Origin: Phoronis australis | Taxonomy: Eukaryota; Animalia; Phoronida | Length of the DNA: 64,000 nucleotides | Reading direction: 5' to 3' | Assembly (NCBI GenBank): GCA_002633005.1 | Contig: NMRA01000119.1 | Location: 797,950 to 861,949 of the forward strand | In this document: piece after piece, positions 1 to 12,610 of the stretch | Layout of the letters: each line of letters starts with the position of its first letter | How positions within the stretch are numbered: position 1 is the first letter of the stretch | The notes under the pieces: model-generated | What the model saw: the letters and a program-made list of their open reading frames with translations, nothing else | What the model was told of the DNA's origin: nothing | Database searches by the model: none | Program-made: the position numbers and the translations under genes

Positions 1-385
1 ATGTTGTCTGGTTTCCTGTAATAACCAAAATCATAACTTTACCATCAATATGAGGCTGTTTCCGTAACACTACGGAAACTTTCTTACTAATAGTTAATCT
101 CTGTTATAACAAGATCTATCCTGTTATAATTGGAGAGTGAGCATTTAGTCACGAAATTATCGTAACAATGAATCACTTCTGAGCACGGATGCTCTAACTG
201 GAAATTCCATCAAAACTCAAGGTTTCTGTAGCATCACTCCAGTTGTTGAGATAATGACGCCTGTTATTCCCAACCGGTTAACTTACGTCATCCACTCTGT
301 TCGATTATGCACTGCACAAGTTTCAAACGCGCATACTTTTGCGGCCAGATTTTTGTGTGGAGACTTCAGAACAAGTATTTGATAG

Positions 386-956
386 AGGTGGCACTGCCAT
401 AAAATAGGCTACAGTAAAACACTGCACACCGTCGTGTAGGCTTGATCGAAAGGGTTGTTTTCTCTATACAGTTTCTATATTTCTGTTTGTGATTGAATCT
501 TTTATCGTCGTTGCTTTACTAGCAGTGCAGTTGTAGATGCACTCAGTCCAAACTGTTCTACAATGCTCTTTTGTTTGCAGGAATGCGGCCAGCTCGCGAC
601 CAGTAGCGCACACAAAGGCCACACAGAGTGCATCAACAAATGGAGTAAGGTACTTCTGGATAGCTTGATGCAGACCAAGTTTCATGCGATAAAAGCGAGA
701 TCACGCAAAACTACGTAATACCACGCGAGTGTTTCACATGTATGCTCAAGACCTTACTAGATTTTTCAAACAAAACGACTGCTGCAAATGTGATTTGGTG
801 TTTATGGTCGGAATGTTGAATCTTGGGATTGAATGCATAAATCATGGGATAGAGTTCGTTGCTTCCAAAGATATTTCGACGCAAGTGCAAGCAAATGTAT
901 TGCGTCAATGGATCATTTTCAAATGCAGTTTCTATTATTTTCATTAAAAACGACAC
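386..956 (-). pseudogene. Probable GNAT-family N-acetyltransferase pseudogene (intronless, frameshifted, premature stops)
   Basis: Minus-strand translation gives, in order: IIETAFENDPLTQYI (GNAT N-terminal AF..DPL..Y); after a frameshift, CVAFVCATGRELAAFL (degenerate motif A region); SITNRNIETV*RKQPF (cf. RN..FY.+.GF, with the Tyr codon read as TAG); and DGVQCFTVAYFMAVPP. Recognised by eye only. Confidence 0.4.
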
Positions 957-1739
957 ACTTTTACATGTCTAACTTTAGTTACTCGACGTTTTGTGTAAGC
1001 CTTTTTTAGCTATGGGTTTGCCTTATTAGCTCGGGGTCGTGTTTTCTTTGAGTTCATGAGCATACAGCTTTTATGCCCAGTGGTGTACAAATGAATTTTT
1101 CTAATGAAAAGTGAAAGTGAATGCGCGTTGTTTACGTAGTTGGTACCAATAAATGATAGAAAATGAATAACCACCCATCACTCGGTGTGGTTGGTTGTTT
1201 GTTTTAATGCCGAGTTAATCACTACGGAAGTACTTTTAGATAAAGAAGTTATGCGGTGTGTCTACAACACACATTGTGATCTTATGACTTAACCAGGAAA
1301 ACGTAACCTTCCTGCGCTCGTTGGGATGAAACTAAAATACTGGTTCTCTCGTGGAGTATTGTCCCATCCTCAACATTACAATTCAAGTGATTGAAAATTT
1401 ATCGTGTTTACGAAGTCGTCTTATGTATGAAAATCCAAGAGAATTCATAAATTGAAAAAAAAAACATGTGAATCTACGTGGAAATCTCTTACCGTCTGAG
1501 TACGGGACAAGTTAAGATCATGAGTTACTGCGGCTGGTGGTCTATGTCAAAAGTTCGCTTCACGTTCATAGAAATACACGCAAAAAACTGCCACTAGGAT
1601 GCGCCACAGTGGTCAGAACTGTCCGAAAAATGACAATGCTGTTCTCAGCCTAGGAACATAATTATCGGCTAATTTTCATGATGATTGTTTGATCGGTTTG
1701 GCGGACAAAGAGGTGGACGCCAAAGACCAGATTTGAAAG

Positions 1740-2320
1740 TAGTAAAAATTTCGTTAATAGATAGACCTCTTTGTCATATTTCGAGAACATTCGTCAAGGA
1801 ACTCCGAAGATACATGGGCAAACACAAAAACTCAACGTTGACACGAGGGGACGCACCGACAGTCGAATACGTCCGGAAAATGCTCGTTCCGTCCCATCCA
1901 TAATTGGAGAATGTCTGGAATTTTTGATGAGCATATCCATGGGTGTTTTGGGGATACAGCAGGGCTCCAGATGCCTCAATCTTTGGCGAAATACCCGCTC
2001 CATTCCCGTACGATATATGTATAAAAGTAACGCGAAATTCCATTCATAAAGCCCAAAAATTTTCTCTCCAATGACTGAAATCACGCTCATGGTTAAAAAA
2101 GCACTTTAAACAGTTATGTTTGATTACTTGGGGCGTTGTCGAGTGGAATGTAATTGGTGGTGACAGGCCAGGCGGAAAATTCTCATGTACCAAAAAGAAG
2201 GAAGCAGGCATTTTCCGTTCAGGTGAGCGAGGGCCCCGTAAAGTAGGATGACCTGTCGGACAAGCAGGAATGAGGGCCTGATGTACAGTATCCCATGTAT
2301 ATGTGGAAAATATTTGTGTA
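1740..2320 (+). mobile_element. Degenerate Penelope-like retroelement fragment (linker plus start of GIY-YIG endonuclease)
   Basis: Plus strand encodes LCHISRTFVKELRRYMGKHK...VRKMLVPSHP, resembling the PLE linker PY..SE.LRR..KH....T.R..LV. At 2275-2313 it encodes GLMYSIPCICGKY, resembling the PLE GIY motif GVVY.IPC.CG..YIG. The region is interrupted and contains stops. Confidence 0.45.
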
Positions 2321-4072
2321 TGTATGTATAGGCGCATTCTTTGTTGTTGGATAAAATGTCTACGTAAAAAACCAGGCAAGGTTGCCAATCCCTCTTTTAT
2401 CTTCGTCGGTGTACCACTAATATGATGATAACCTTGTTTTATTTATTCGTTTGTCCTATTCATAGAGATAACTGAAACCTCGGTAAAGAAAGGAAATGAT
2501 GTGATAAGATGAATCAGGCATTATTTGCAGTTAACGCTAGATTGGCCTCAAAAGGTACTGCCCTAGCAGACTTTTCGTATTCAAAATATTCATAGTACCC
2601 GAGAACTTGAGTGATTTTTATTAACCTAGGTGGGCATGTTGAATCTTCGACCAGGTCATTTTAAGTCTGTGGCCAGTTCAGTTGGATAAAGTCAGTTTGG
2701 CGTGGATTGATCGTATGACTGCATTAAAATTGAGCTCGTGCACCGCATATCAAACGACAAGTATCCAGCAATATACTCAAGCTTGTGGGCCACATGAGTA
2801 CTCGGTAATACATGTTCGGTTACTTCAGAGAGAGGATAACAGGGAAACGGCTGTGCGCAGTCTGCACTTGAAAGAAAAGGAGTAAAAGTGAACTGTCCAC
2901 ATTATTGCGTGCCTGGAGAATGAACGATTTAATACACCTGAAATTTCAGAATACTCTTCTAAGAAATACGGTGTCTACGCCACCTAATCAAAATACCAGG
3001 ATCGTCTGTGGGGAACGTCAAGCTACTTGACGTTTTTGTGAGTAATTCCCTGATCAGATGACATTTTACTTGACAACTGACATGATGGAAAGATACCAAC
3101 CAAGGTCAGGTGTCTTATTGCCCAGCCCGATCCGTGAGATCTCTCCTCGTGTCACGAAATACATTACACTAACGGTTTTATCTGGCACTTGAAGCAACAC
3201 TCAGTAGGAATGGAATGAAGACAGATAAGAATTTCTAAGAAAAGAACAATACCAATACACGAACCCAATCGTCTAGCCTCTCTCTCTCTGGACCCTCTCC
3301 CCGGCCCCTCAGTGAACACAGAAAAACAGCAAGATCAATGAAATGTGGAAAATTTAGTGAGATATGAAGGATAAAGATAAAATCTCAACACAGTTGCTAC
3401 AGTTTTTTAAACTAGCGTTTAGTTTTCATTTCGTGCAACTTTAAAATTGTTTCGTGAAAATCCTACGAGTTCTAGTTTTGATATCTTCTCGTGCAAAAAG
3501 GGTAAACTTTAACCACTAGAGGAATTTGTTAAACCCTCTTCTGGCTAATCTTCAGTTCGTGTATTTGAATACCCTAAAAACACGTACGCATAATTTTATG
3601 TGCTTGTAAGCGTGGAGCACGGCAGGGGACACCGTGAACTTAGCAATACATTACATATGCAGATATGCTGTGTTTACCATAAAAAGAAGAGCAAAATTTA
3701 ACAGCGGGAATGTATGATTTATAGATGTAACAAGTGAGTGATTTCGGTCTAGGTCATAATGGGTGTTAAGAGACACTTACATTTTTTAAAGTCATAAAAT
3801 ACTTTGTTTTATTCTCGATCCACGAGTAATGTCATGTTTGAGAAACTCTTACTGTCATGAAACAAGACATGTTGCCAAGTTCACTGTACATGAAGAGACA
3901 CTGAGAAAAAGTTTCTAAACCATATGATTGATCTAAATTAATATCTGATCTGTACCTAATTTGCAATATGTGCCGGAGACGTGTTTATTGTGATATAAAC
4001 AATTGTTCATTCATGTTTTTATACAGACGAAGCAAAAACTCTTGATTCAGGAGTGACATGAAAAACACTGCT

Positions 4073-4262
4073 AGTGAGAACTGGAAAACAAAAACGATGC
4101 TAGAGAGCAGCATGAAAACGATGGTTCGATATTAATCAGATGTATCATCGGGTACAATAGTGGACAAAAATTACTATTGTACCTGATGATGATATTTGAT
4201 TAATATCGAAACGTCGTTTTCATGCTGCACTCCAGCATCGTTTTTGTTTTCCACTTCTTACT
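4073..4262. repeat. Long imperfect palindrome / fold-back element (~90-bp arms, ~11-nt loop)
   Basis: ggaaaacaaaaacgatgctagagagcagcatgaaaacg...ggtacaatagt pairs with actattgtacc...cgttttcatgctgcactccagcatcgtttttgttttcc. Confidence 0.9.
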
Positions 4263-4653
4263 TCTGACTTGGCCACAAAGTAATACTAATAAAAAACAGC
4301 TGTCCCAATGCCAAAAGGGAGTACAGTAAGATAATTGTAGAAAAAACTCCTGTACATTACGTCGAATGACCGTATTCAATTCCGGCCAAAAATTGAAACG
4401 ACATCCTTGAGCACGTGCAATTGATACTTTGTGGGATATTACTACGTCTACGCATTGAGACACGAAATTTGTAAGGTATGAAAACAAATTAACGAAACTG
4501 AATAAAAGCACCATTGGCAATGGCTAAGTGTTGATCTGTTGCGAGAGTAGGTAATAGTTGAGAATAAGAGGACGACAAACAGCTGTTGTTGTGGTTTCAT
4601 TGAAGTATATTGCCAAAGTATTCGATGCTATTGTTTACATTAATCAGCCATAC

Positions 4654-4690
4654 CATAGACTATAGTACATTCTGTTGTCTATAATCTATG
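4654..4690. mobile_element. 37-bp miniature TIR element (P-superfamily-like termini)
   Basis: Termini are CATAGACTATAG...CTATAATCTATG. The element is flanked by a perfect 7-bp direct repeat GCCATAC (4647-4653 and 4691-4697). Confidence 0.65.
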
Positions 4691-5069
4691 GCCATACCAG
4701 GTATAGCTCATTGTGTACATGTACTTCAAACCATTAAGCCGTTATAATCCTTGTCCTGAGGTTAAAATATCTCAACTTTCTTCACTTGCATATTTGCTAC
4801 CTCCAAATTAACGTCATTACGTTGTTGTGTTTTGTTAGAACTGAACTCGGTGATCGCCTGGAGTTCCCCTGTCGGACTAATGCCTAAACTAACCCGCAGT
4901 GACAAGTAGACTGAAGCAACAACGACTCGACGGTTTTTCTGAAGCCAATAAATAATTTCTATGACCAAAGAACAAGGTGACTTTGATTTTATTTCACAAA
5001 GTAGCCTAACAAACGTTCGTTTTTCAAAATCGCGCAGGTTTGCTCCCATAAAACAGAGTATATCTGGGA

Positions 5070-5215
5070 TTGATGTTGTGGGGACTTGAGACGATATTGG
5101 TGATTCCACACACAAGTATTGTTTTCACTTACGATTAGTTCTTTCCTTGAGAGAACAAACAGTACTTCAAGAAGTGGATCCTTTTGTTCGAGGTACACGA
5201 TCTGTTCCCCACAAC
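5070..5215 (+). pseudogene. Degenerate THAP zinc-finger relic (transposon-derived)
   Basis: Plus-strand pieces VVGT*DDIGDSTHKYCFH, FFP*ENKQYFKKWIL and TICSP follow the THAP order C..GC / FP / W / CS.HF, with stops and frameshifts. Confidence 0.4.
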
Positions 5216-7309
5216 CGTCGATAATACGCCTAAAGTGTTAGTCACGCACAGCGATTCGGCACACTTTTTACGGATTTTCAAACTTGCTCAACATTGTTTA
5301 GGGTTCATGGGGGTTACCGGACATTATTTTGCTTAAAAAATTAAGCGTTCTAGCAGTTTCTGATAACTGCTAATGAGCTAATGCGAGGTTGAGTATCTTT
5401 TTAAGAATTTCTTGTTTGCTGTAAGTTTTTGAAGTATTAAGTCTAAGTACTAACAGTACTGTGACATATAACTACTACAGAGTTCAATGAAGTAGTTATA
5501 AAAAATGCGCAGTGTGCTCTCACATCAATACCCTCAAAAGTGCTAGGAATTATTTTTGAGCCGTCTAAAATGTGCTCCTATTGAATATTTAAAGGAATCC
5601 GGGTAAACTATTGAATGATCAGATATCAGCTGCTTTGGATAGAGTTCATCCAGTACCGGCTAAAATTGCGCGTCGCTAATGGCAACGGATATCATCTTTC
5701 TGTAATGCACTCAATGTATTAGTGTAACAAATAAGTCAACGGTAATTTTTACGACATAATCTGACGACGATGGGCAAGTCGGTGCACTAAAGGGTGATCA
5801 AAAACGATTATAATGAACTTGATGGTCTGAAGTTATGCCGAACAAGGGAGAGTTTGGAGGAATAACGATAGTCACTACATTCCTCCAGTGTCCGTCCTTC
5901 GTGTGTGCAGACATGGTGCTGTACCATGTTTGGAAATCAGAGCCATGTTTAAAATCTTCAGTCATGTTTGAAAGAGCGGAGGAGAAATGATTGAAACAGT
6001 GTTGCATTGGGATACTTATTTTTTATATTTTGCAGTGAAAATAAAATTGTCGTGCCTAGCAGTGAAAATACTGGATAACTGTTTGTTGTTTTTCTTAATC
6101 AACAGAAAGCAAATTAGGATACAAAAACATGACGCGGAATTTGTAACATTTTTGCTCAGGGAGAACCCTATACTCAAAGTTCTATTTACAATCTTCTTGT
6201 CGCAAAGAGTTCAATTTATCGTTACTATCAATCGCTAGTCTTCTCTGATTTATTGGGAATGTGGCGTTTATCTCAGATATATCCTGCATGCACAACCTAT
6301 TCAAAGTATACAGTCGATTTTAAGGCCGAACGCATTTTAGGGTTACAGTAATGCTGGGTTACTTATTACCTTGAGTAATAAAACAGCAAGTAACTGCATT
6401 TTATTTGATATCACCGATTCCCGACAAGGGCTTCCAGTCATTCGGTAGGATTAATTGAAATCGAGGCTGGTGATGTTCAAACTCCTCGTGCCATATCGAC
6501 TTTCTGCTCCACTACCATTACGTCGGACTGCGACTGCTAAGAGTTCTAAATCTTGGCGCTGATCTCAAGAACACAAAATTGTCGCCGTTTATATCAGTTG
6601 GAAAATTGGCTATGCTAAACCTTTGCACGCGTTTGGTTCTTTTGATGGAAGCAACTTCTTAAATTCCAAACACTAGACTATTATTGAAAATGTGTGCGCT
6701 CGTCCGCATGTTAACCATTCTAACACTTCATTATTGTTAAACTGCCATAGAGTAAATTGTTATTGCCATGTCCGCAATTAATATTTCAAATACTAACACC
6801 AGTTAAAAGTGATAATTTCGAGTACTAGTAATACTGCCGCCTCTGCCTTCAGGTAGCATTGTGCGAACGGGTAAGGTCACAACACTTGTTCTCGTTACAA
6901 TACTCTTACCTATCGGCAAGTAAATTACCGGTACACAACCTATCTATTGAACAACTAGTTATCTGATCATCATAATGCCTCTTAATGCTCCGGTAAATTG
7001 GCCAACAGATAGCACCAACTAGTTCTTACTACTATATAATAAAAGAAACCTCCCTTTCAGAAGTCCTGAATAGGATTCCAGTGTTGACAGCAATAACTGA
7101 TTAAATCTGCTAAGTCATATTTGCACTTCAGAGCTGAGCCCCTAGGCCATCGGTAAGGTTCTGGTCAGGTACACACAATGAGATTAGTGTTGGCTATTCA
7201 CTGAATGCGTTGCCCGACTGCTCATACGGTGTAGTAGTAAAACAAAATTTCCCACCGAATTCTGTAGCGAATGTGAAACCTGCCGAGAATGTATCCGTAT
7301 GCGTACGAC

Positions 7310-8450
7310 AGGCAATGTCTGAAAACTGAGAATTTGTTTTGTAACCACTGGGCTTATAATAGAAATGTGGTATATTCTTGGGTATTCCAGAGTCCAAAAA
7401 TTCTAGAACGTATTTTCAGAAACGGAAGCATGAAAGCGAAACATCTGGCCTGGTTTTATGGTATCTCGGGAGGGCATTATTTCCGTACAAGTATCTTCTC
7501 GAGTGGGGAAATTTGGCTTTGTCTTATCCGTAGTGGGGTGGGCAAGCGAATATAGTGGTTACGTAGTGAGATAGGTCGAAAAGAAGAAGTGGTGACGACC
7601 ACTGAGCCATTGTCTCATGTAGTTTTTATCACGTGGTATTGTCTTGAGTATCTTTTACATCAGTTAGTATTGTTGTCTAGAGTACAGTTTTATATCACTT
7701 GGTAGTTCAAAAACTTTGCATTCAAAGAGGGTGGCTCGCAGGTCAACCTGAGAGTGAGAGAATTTGTATAATATGCAATACTGGTCAAATTAAAAATAAG
7801 CTTCTTTTTATGTGTCATTGTCCTGCATGGGCGGCGCACCATAGGGGGCATGAGGGGGGCTATAGCTCCCAACTTTTTTCTCCCATGTCCTGTCACTGGT
7901 AATGTGCGCCGAAGTTTGCTGACGAATATGACATATGATGCTAGATTAGTCAGATAATTTCAACGCCATGTTCCACGTGAGCTAAAAAGTCTGGCGTTTT
8001 ACATTTCAAGAGCATCATTGTTAGTGTCTCGGGTACCCGTCTTCCCGCTTGCCCATGCATTGGTTTCGCGTAGATTTTGAATGTGCGGTAGCAGAGCCAC
8101 CTTCAACTCATCCCATGGACGAAAACTCCCGCAGCGAGTATTTATATAGCTGTGTTCGGAGATCGGTTTGGCTACACCCAACCGACACGAGAGTGATCAA
8201 TGGCTTTATTACGAGAGAGTGCATCCGAAGCATTTGATAAATGCATGAGGCGACTAAAGCCATACAGAAAAACTTTCAATGAACAGGTTGTTAGTACAAA
8301 CTCCTTGGATGTTTGTTCTCCATTTAGATCCGCTATAGGCCAGTCTAAGAAATCGTCGAGAAGAAAATAACGAATGTGTACGCTCCGGGTAGTCAGGTGC
8401 GATTCAAGGATCATGGCCAGAATTAAGGGGATTCCCGTAATGAACAGACA
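7310..8450 (-). mobile_element. Heavily deleted DIRS-type (tyrosine-recombinase) retrotransposon remnant
   Basis: Minus-strand motifs occur in DIRS order: RT-like IRYFLLDDFL (~8350-8380), RNase H end NASDALSR (~8210-8235), MT-like SYINTRCGSFRPW/LLPHIQNLRE (~8065-8150), and YR C-terminus GLWNT.../HFYYKP (~7350-7400). MITE insertions interrupt it. Confidence 0.55.
7826..7887. mobile_element. Family A MITE (CATGGGCGGCGC termini), internally deleted copy
   Basis: CATGGG...CCCATG termini with a 5-bp TSD, TCCTG, on both sides. Confidence 0.8.
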
Positions 8451-8453
8451 TGG

Positions 8454-8594
8454 CATGGGCGGCGCACCATAGTGGGCTGGGGGGAGGCTATAGCCCCACT
8501 TATTTCGGTGCTGCGCCGCCCATGGGCGGTGCACCACAGGTGGGCTGTGGGAGGGGGCTATAGTTTTCACTTTTTTAGTGCTGTGCCGCCCATA
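8454..8594. mobile_element. Family A MITE, head-to-tail dimer
   Basis: Two ~70-bp units share the CATG at 8521-8524. The flanks are CATGG and AATGG, a near-match 5-bp TSD. Confidence 0.8.
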
Positions 8595-10506
8595 AATGGG
8601 GTTGCACGGGGGGCGTCCGGACCACCTTCTTCTGAATAGCGAGTGGTTCTGTAACGTAGAGTTCATATAGCTTAGACTTTAGCTGCCGTGATGACGTTGA
8701 CCACTCGGGTCAAGCCCAGCCGAATACCGAACAGCAACTGGGTGAGGAGGGAGAAGAAACATGAAAAAACGTGGTTTATGAGCCGACGCGTTTCAGGTCA
8801 CACCCTCCTTTCCAACGGATTTCGGGCGGGAGAAAGAATAAATTAATAAAATAATTAGTACGACTCGCTTTTGTTATGAGGTTATGCACGTAATTCAGTA
8901 AAAAATATCGAGAAAACTTGATCCCATCGCAGATCTAAAAACGTCTCTATTGCTTTGAAAATGACTATGTTGTGGTTGCCCCAGTTTTGATACTTGTTTA
9001 ACATTTGTAAGGCAATATTTTGATGAAAATCCCTTTCCAAGGGGCTTTTTCTTTAGAAAACTATTAGAGCAAAACGTTTGCTCTTTTCAGCTGACCTCGG
9101 AAGCGGCATTGAGCCACCGGAGCATCAGAGGATGCTCGATTCTATTTGCACCAACGTAACCTTATGTCTTGAGTAATCGAACAATGAATCAACAGTCAGC
9201 ATGAACGCTTATTACTGCTTGAAAGTTAACGCGCGCCTCCTATCTCCAAGCGTCGTCTCACAAAGCCATCATGTGGTTAATAATGGGACCGAACGACACA
9301 CCTTCGACAAGAACAGTGAGCTCACTGTACAACATTATCGTCCAACTCAAGTCCTGGTGGTCGAAGTTTTAGAACGACTGAGTCAGATTGTGCTATTCTT
9401 CGTCCTGAACCTGAGTACTGACCCTAGGGTTGCCCCTATAGTGAGATATTCTAATGTTGTTTATGAGACCAAATAAAAACTTTAAAGTTTAACGCTGAAA
9501 AAAGAACAATGAATAGAAAAACACGATACCTTGACCTAAACACGACGTTGACATCAAGAGAACTATCCAAACGGCTTGGAGCAAAAAGGGTCGATGCCGA
9601 CCCATGATATCACTTATGGTGCTCCTATGCTAAATTTCGTGTAGAAAGTACCACGTGAAATGACAGGAAAAGGCCGGCCACACCTGAAGTTTTCATTCAG
9701 GTAAAATTGGAACAGTCGAATATTTTGTAGGGGTGCATGGGACATTTTATCACTGGAGACTTGAGATCGGTTTCAAAGAAAAGTGGTGGGCGGTATGCCA
9801 AATATGACTGTCTAGTAAAATACCTTTTATTCATTCAAAATCGTTGTCTGGCTTTTCATTGGGGGTTTTGAGACATCCACCAGCGAAGACCGTGGTGGTG
9901 GCTTTCCGTGGTTAAAAGCCCATTCACTGCGACCGATCAAAATGTTGTCTTTACTCTGACAACAATGCCAATGGTTATTAGGTCGAAAATATTTCACACG
10001 ATGTCTCAATAGACGATGCTCTGGGGACATATCGTATGTAACAACACGGTAACCGTAAGTAAGCAGCGTAATTGGTACCTGAGGACTGGTATTACAGTTG
10101 TCATAATTTTAAGACTGGTGTCTGCGCTGCCTGGGGCAAGACCCGTGACTCGTAATCAAAACTATGCAGAGATTATGGGCTAATAAACATGATAACAGCT
10201 CAGGCACACAAGTGCGCAATTTGCGATATGAAATCGATGTCGAGTAAAATGTAGTAAAACTGTAACAGGAATTTTCTGATTACAAAAGAGAAGTTCGTTG
10301 ACTAATGTGCTCTGAAGACGCAAGATTCCAAAATGTAATTACAAGAAATTTGTTTTGAGACGAACATATTTAAATACCAACCCGGCTAATTCAGTCAAGT
10401 GTTTGTGTTTTTTCCGAAAAACGTAGTTATCCGGAAGAATTCAATAGAAAATGAGGACTGACGTGTCTCGTTGTTTTATGCGAATAAAATGCTTATCGTA
10501 TTTTAA

Positions 10507-11035
10507 AGAGGCATGGAACGCAAAAGATCGTCAAAATATCTTTTAAACAATAAGGACGAAAGTACCATCTCGCAACGTCTAGTATAGAGTAATTCACGTC
10601 CCAGAAATTTCCAGAAAAAAATCATGATTTTTGAAATATGTGCGAAAGAAAAACTCTGTGGTTACCGCAAAGTTTCAAACCTCCCTCCCACTTATGATAA
10701 ATGCGCGTATGCACTCACAATCAGTTGCTTGAAGTCGATTGAGGTCAAATGTCACATTTTCCATATAAGGGAAATGTGGTACGTCTATGTCTTGCCGTAT
10801 CAAATAAGGAGACACGCTTTAGCTTGGGGAGAACAATCGGCGAACTGGCGAACAGTTGACACATCGTTTTTTTTGAAATGTAAAATTAAAAGAAAGTACT
10901 TTGATATGAACAGAAATTAATTATCTTTACGAACAGACCCTAAAAATACCTGGTGAGCAGTTTTAATTCTGTTTCAGTGGCAGAGAACCAATTTCAATAA
11001 TGCATTTCAGTCTGTTTATCGCGTTCCAGGCCTCC
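10507..11035. mobile_element. Non-autonomous TTAA-targeting DNA transposon (Kolobok-like)
   Basis: TTAA|AGAGGCATGGAACGC ... GCGTTCCAGGCCTCC|TTAA. The TIRs begin with purines and the TSD is TTAA. Confidence 0.75.
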
Positions 11036-12543
11036 TTAACTTCATCTAGATTTTAGAGTCTGAAACAGTTTTATTTGTTTATTTACGTCAGTGATTTTAG
11101 TTGTTAAAGCAACAATTATCATTTGCGAACATGCATTTTCTCTCGCGGTGCCAACTGCCACATTTTTTTAATATACAGGTTTAGTCTAAGTAAAGAATTG
11201 CCTCCCAAAAATGGTATGGGGGTATGGGATAAAACATCTACAATTTCTGTTGAGGGATTTTTCACCGCAACTTTGTCGACTTTAGTTACATGTTGGTATA
11301 TAATATATTTTAATGTTTTATTAATGACTACTTCGAAGTCCGTTAGGCGAGTAGAAGTTAGATGACCAAGTTACGTGGAACGTTGTTGATGCGATATTGA
11401 AGTTTAGGAGCGCGGGACTGGGGATTGATGCCTCGTACATGCCGTCCGCATTACGAGTTATCCTAGAACGAACTGTCCTTAGGTTTAGAACTAGAGTGGA
11501 CGCAAATTGCTCTTGGGCAATTTAACACACATTTACTTCCATCTTATCGAGGTAGCGTAACTTGTTCTAGGGTAACTTGCCCCAGCGCAAGACGTATCGT
11601 GAACGCAAACCTACAGACCAGGTAGAAGAAATTACCAGCTGTGCTTTAGAGGTGTATAATCATTTTTGCATGATAACTGTCGGGTGGTGTACTGTGTGTG
11701 TAATGTGAATGCGTGGCTGTATGGGGTATCTTGCTCTGCGGCACTAATGGAACACAAACAGTGTACTCAATCCCACAATTCACCTCTCCAAACCCGCCCA
11801 TCAACCACTTCCGTGGGCGGATTTGTGCAAGGCAAAGTACAGCCAAGTTCCTGACGTTATTGACTTTCATGTTTGGAAAGTCACGTGAGTTGGTTAGCTT
11901 TTCGTAATTAAAACGACTGTGGAGAGAACATGACGCAACTTTTGTTTGTTATTTTGTTTTCATTTTGAACACAATGAGTAAGGGTAATAGTATCTTATAA
12001 GCAGTAGAAGCCGAAGACAAGTGAACAGCTTGCAGGATAAGGTTTCTATCAGTGCTGCGCATTTGCTACGATTAAGTAACATAAACGAAGTATACGCGGA
12101 GAGTGAATTAGTAAGGGTGTTGCCGTTCCAGCGGGCGGACAACAACGTAGAATAAAAGCACTAGGCTATTATTGTGAACGTAGGGAACCAATTGGTGCCC
12201 TTGATGGTAGGCCCAGCCTACGTAGCTAAGTTACTCGTCGTTCTTGTGACCAATCATGATCCAGAATAAATCGGAACGGTCTAGTCTTTGCTAGCAACTG
12301 GTTTGTCTCTTCAGTGACCGCCATTTGTAAGGATTGGCGAGCATACTCGCGCAACACTCACTTTTCACTCGCGAGACTTTGCGAGGACTTGCAAGATCTT
12401 GCTTCTCGATCGCGAGAAACTAGACCTGCGGAAGCCTCTCAAGTTACCCGTTTACTCAGTTATTAATCCCTTGTGCTCCATATTTGTCTTTAGGTATAGG
12501 GTGTGTAGTGTGGATGCTTAGCTGACCTAAAGCAAGCTGTTCT

Positions 12544-12610
12544 CATTGGCGGCGCAGCACTGAAATAGGTGGCGGCCATAGCCCTGTGCCCCTATGGTGC
12601 GCCGCTCATG
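12544..12610. mobile_element. Family A MITE, reverse orientation
   Basis: CATTGGCGGCGCA...TGCGCCGCTCATG with a 5-bp TSD, GTTCT. Confidence 0.8.

Noticed and set aside
8454-8666. N-terminal half of the 164-aa ORF 8172-8666 as a real protein
   Set aside because: It is largely translation of the GC-rich MITE dimer. Only the downstream half has retroelement motifs.
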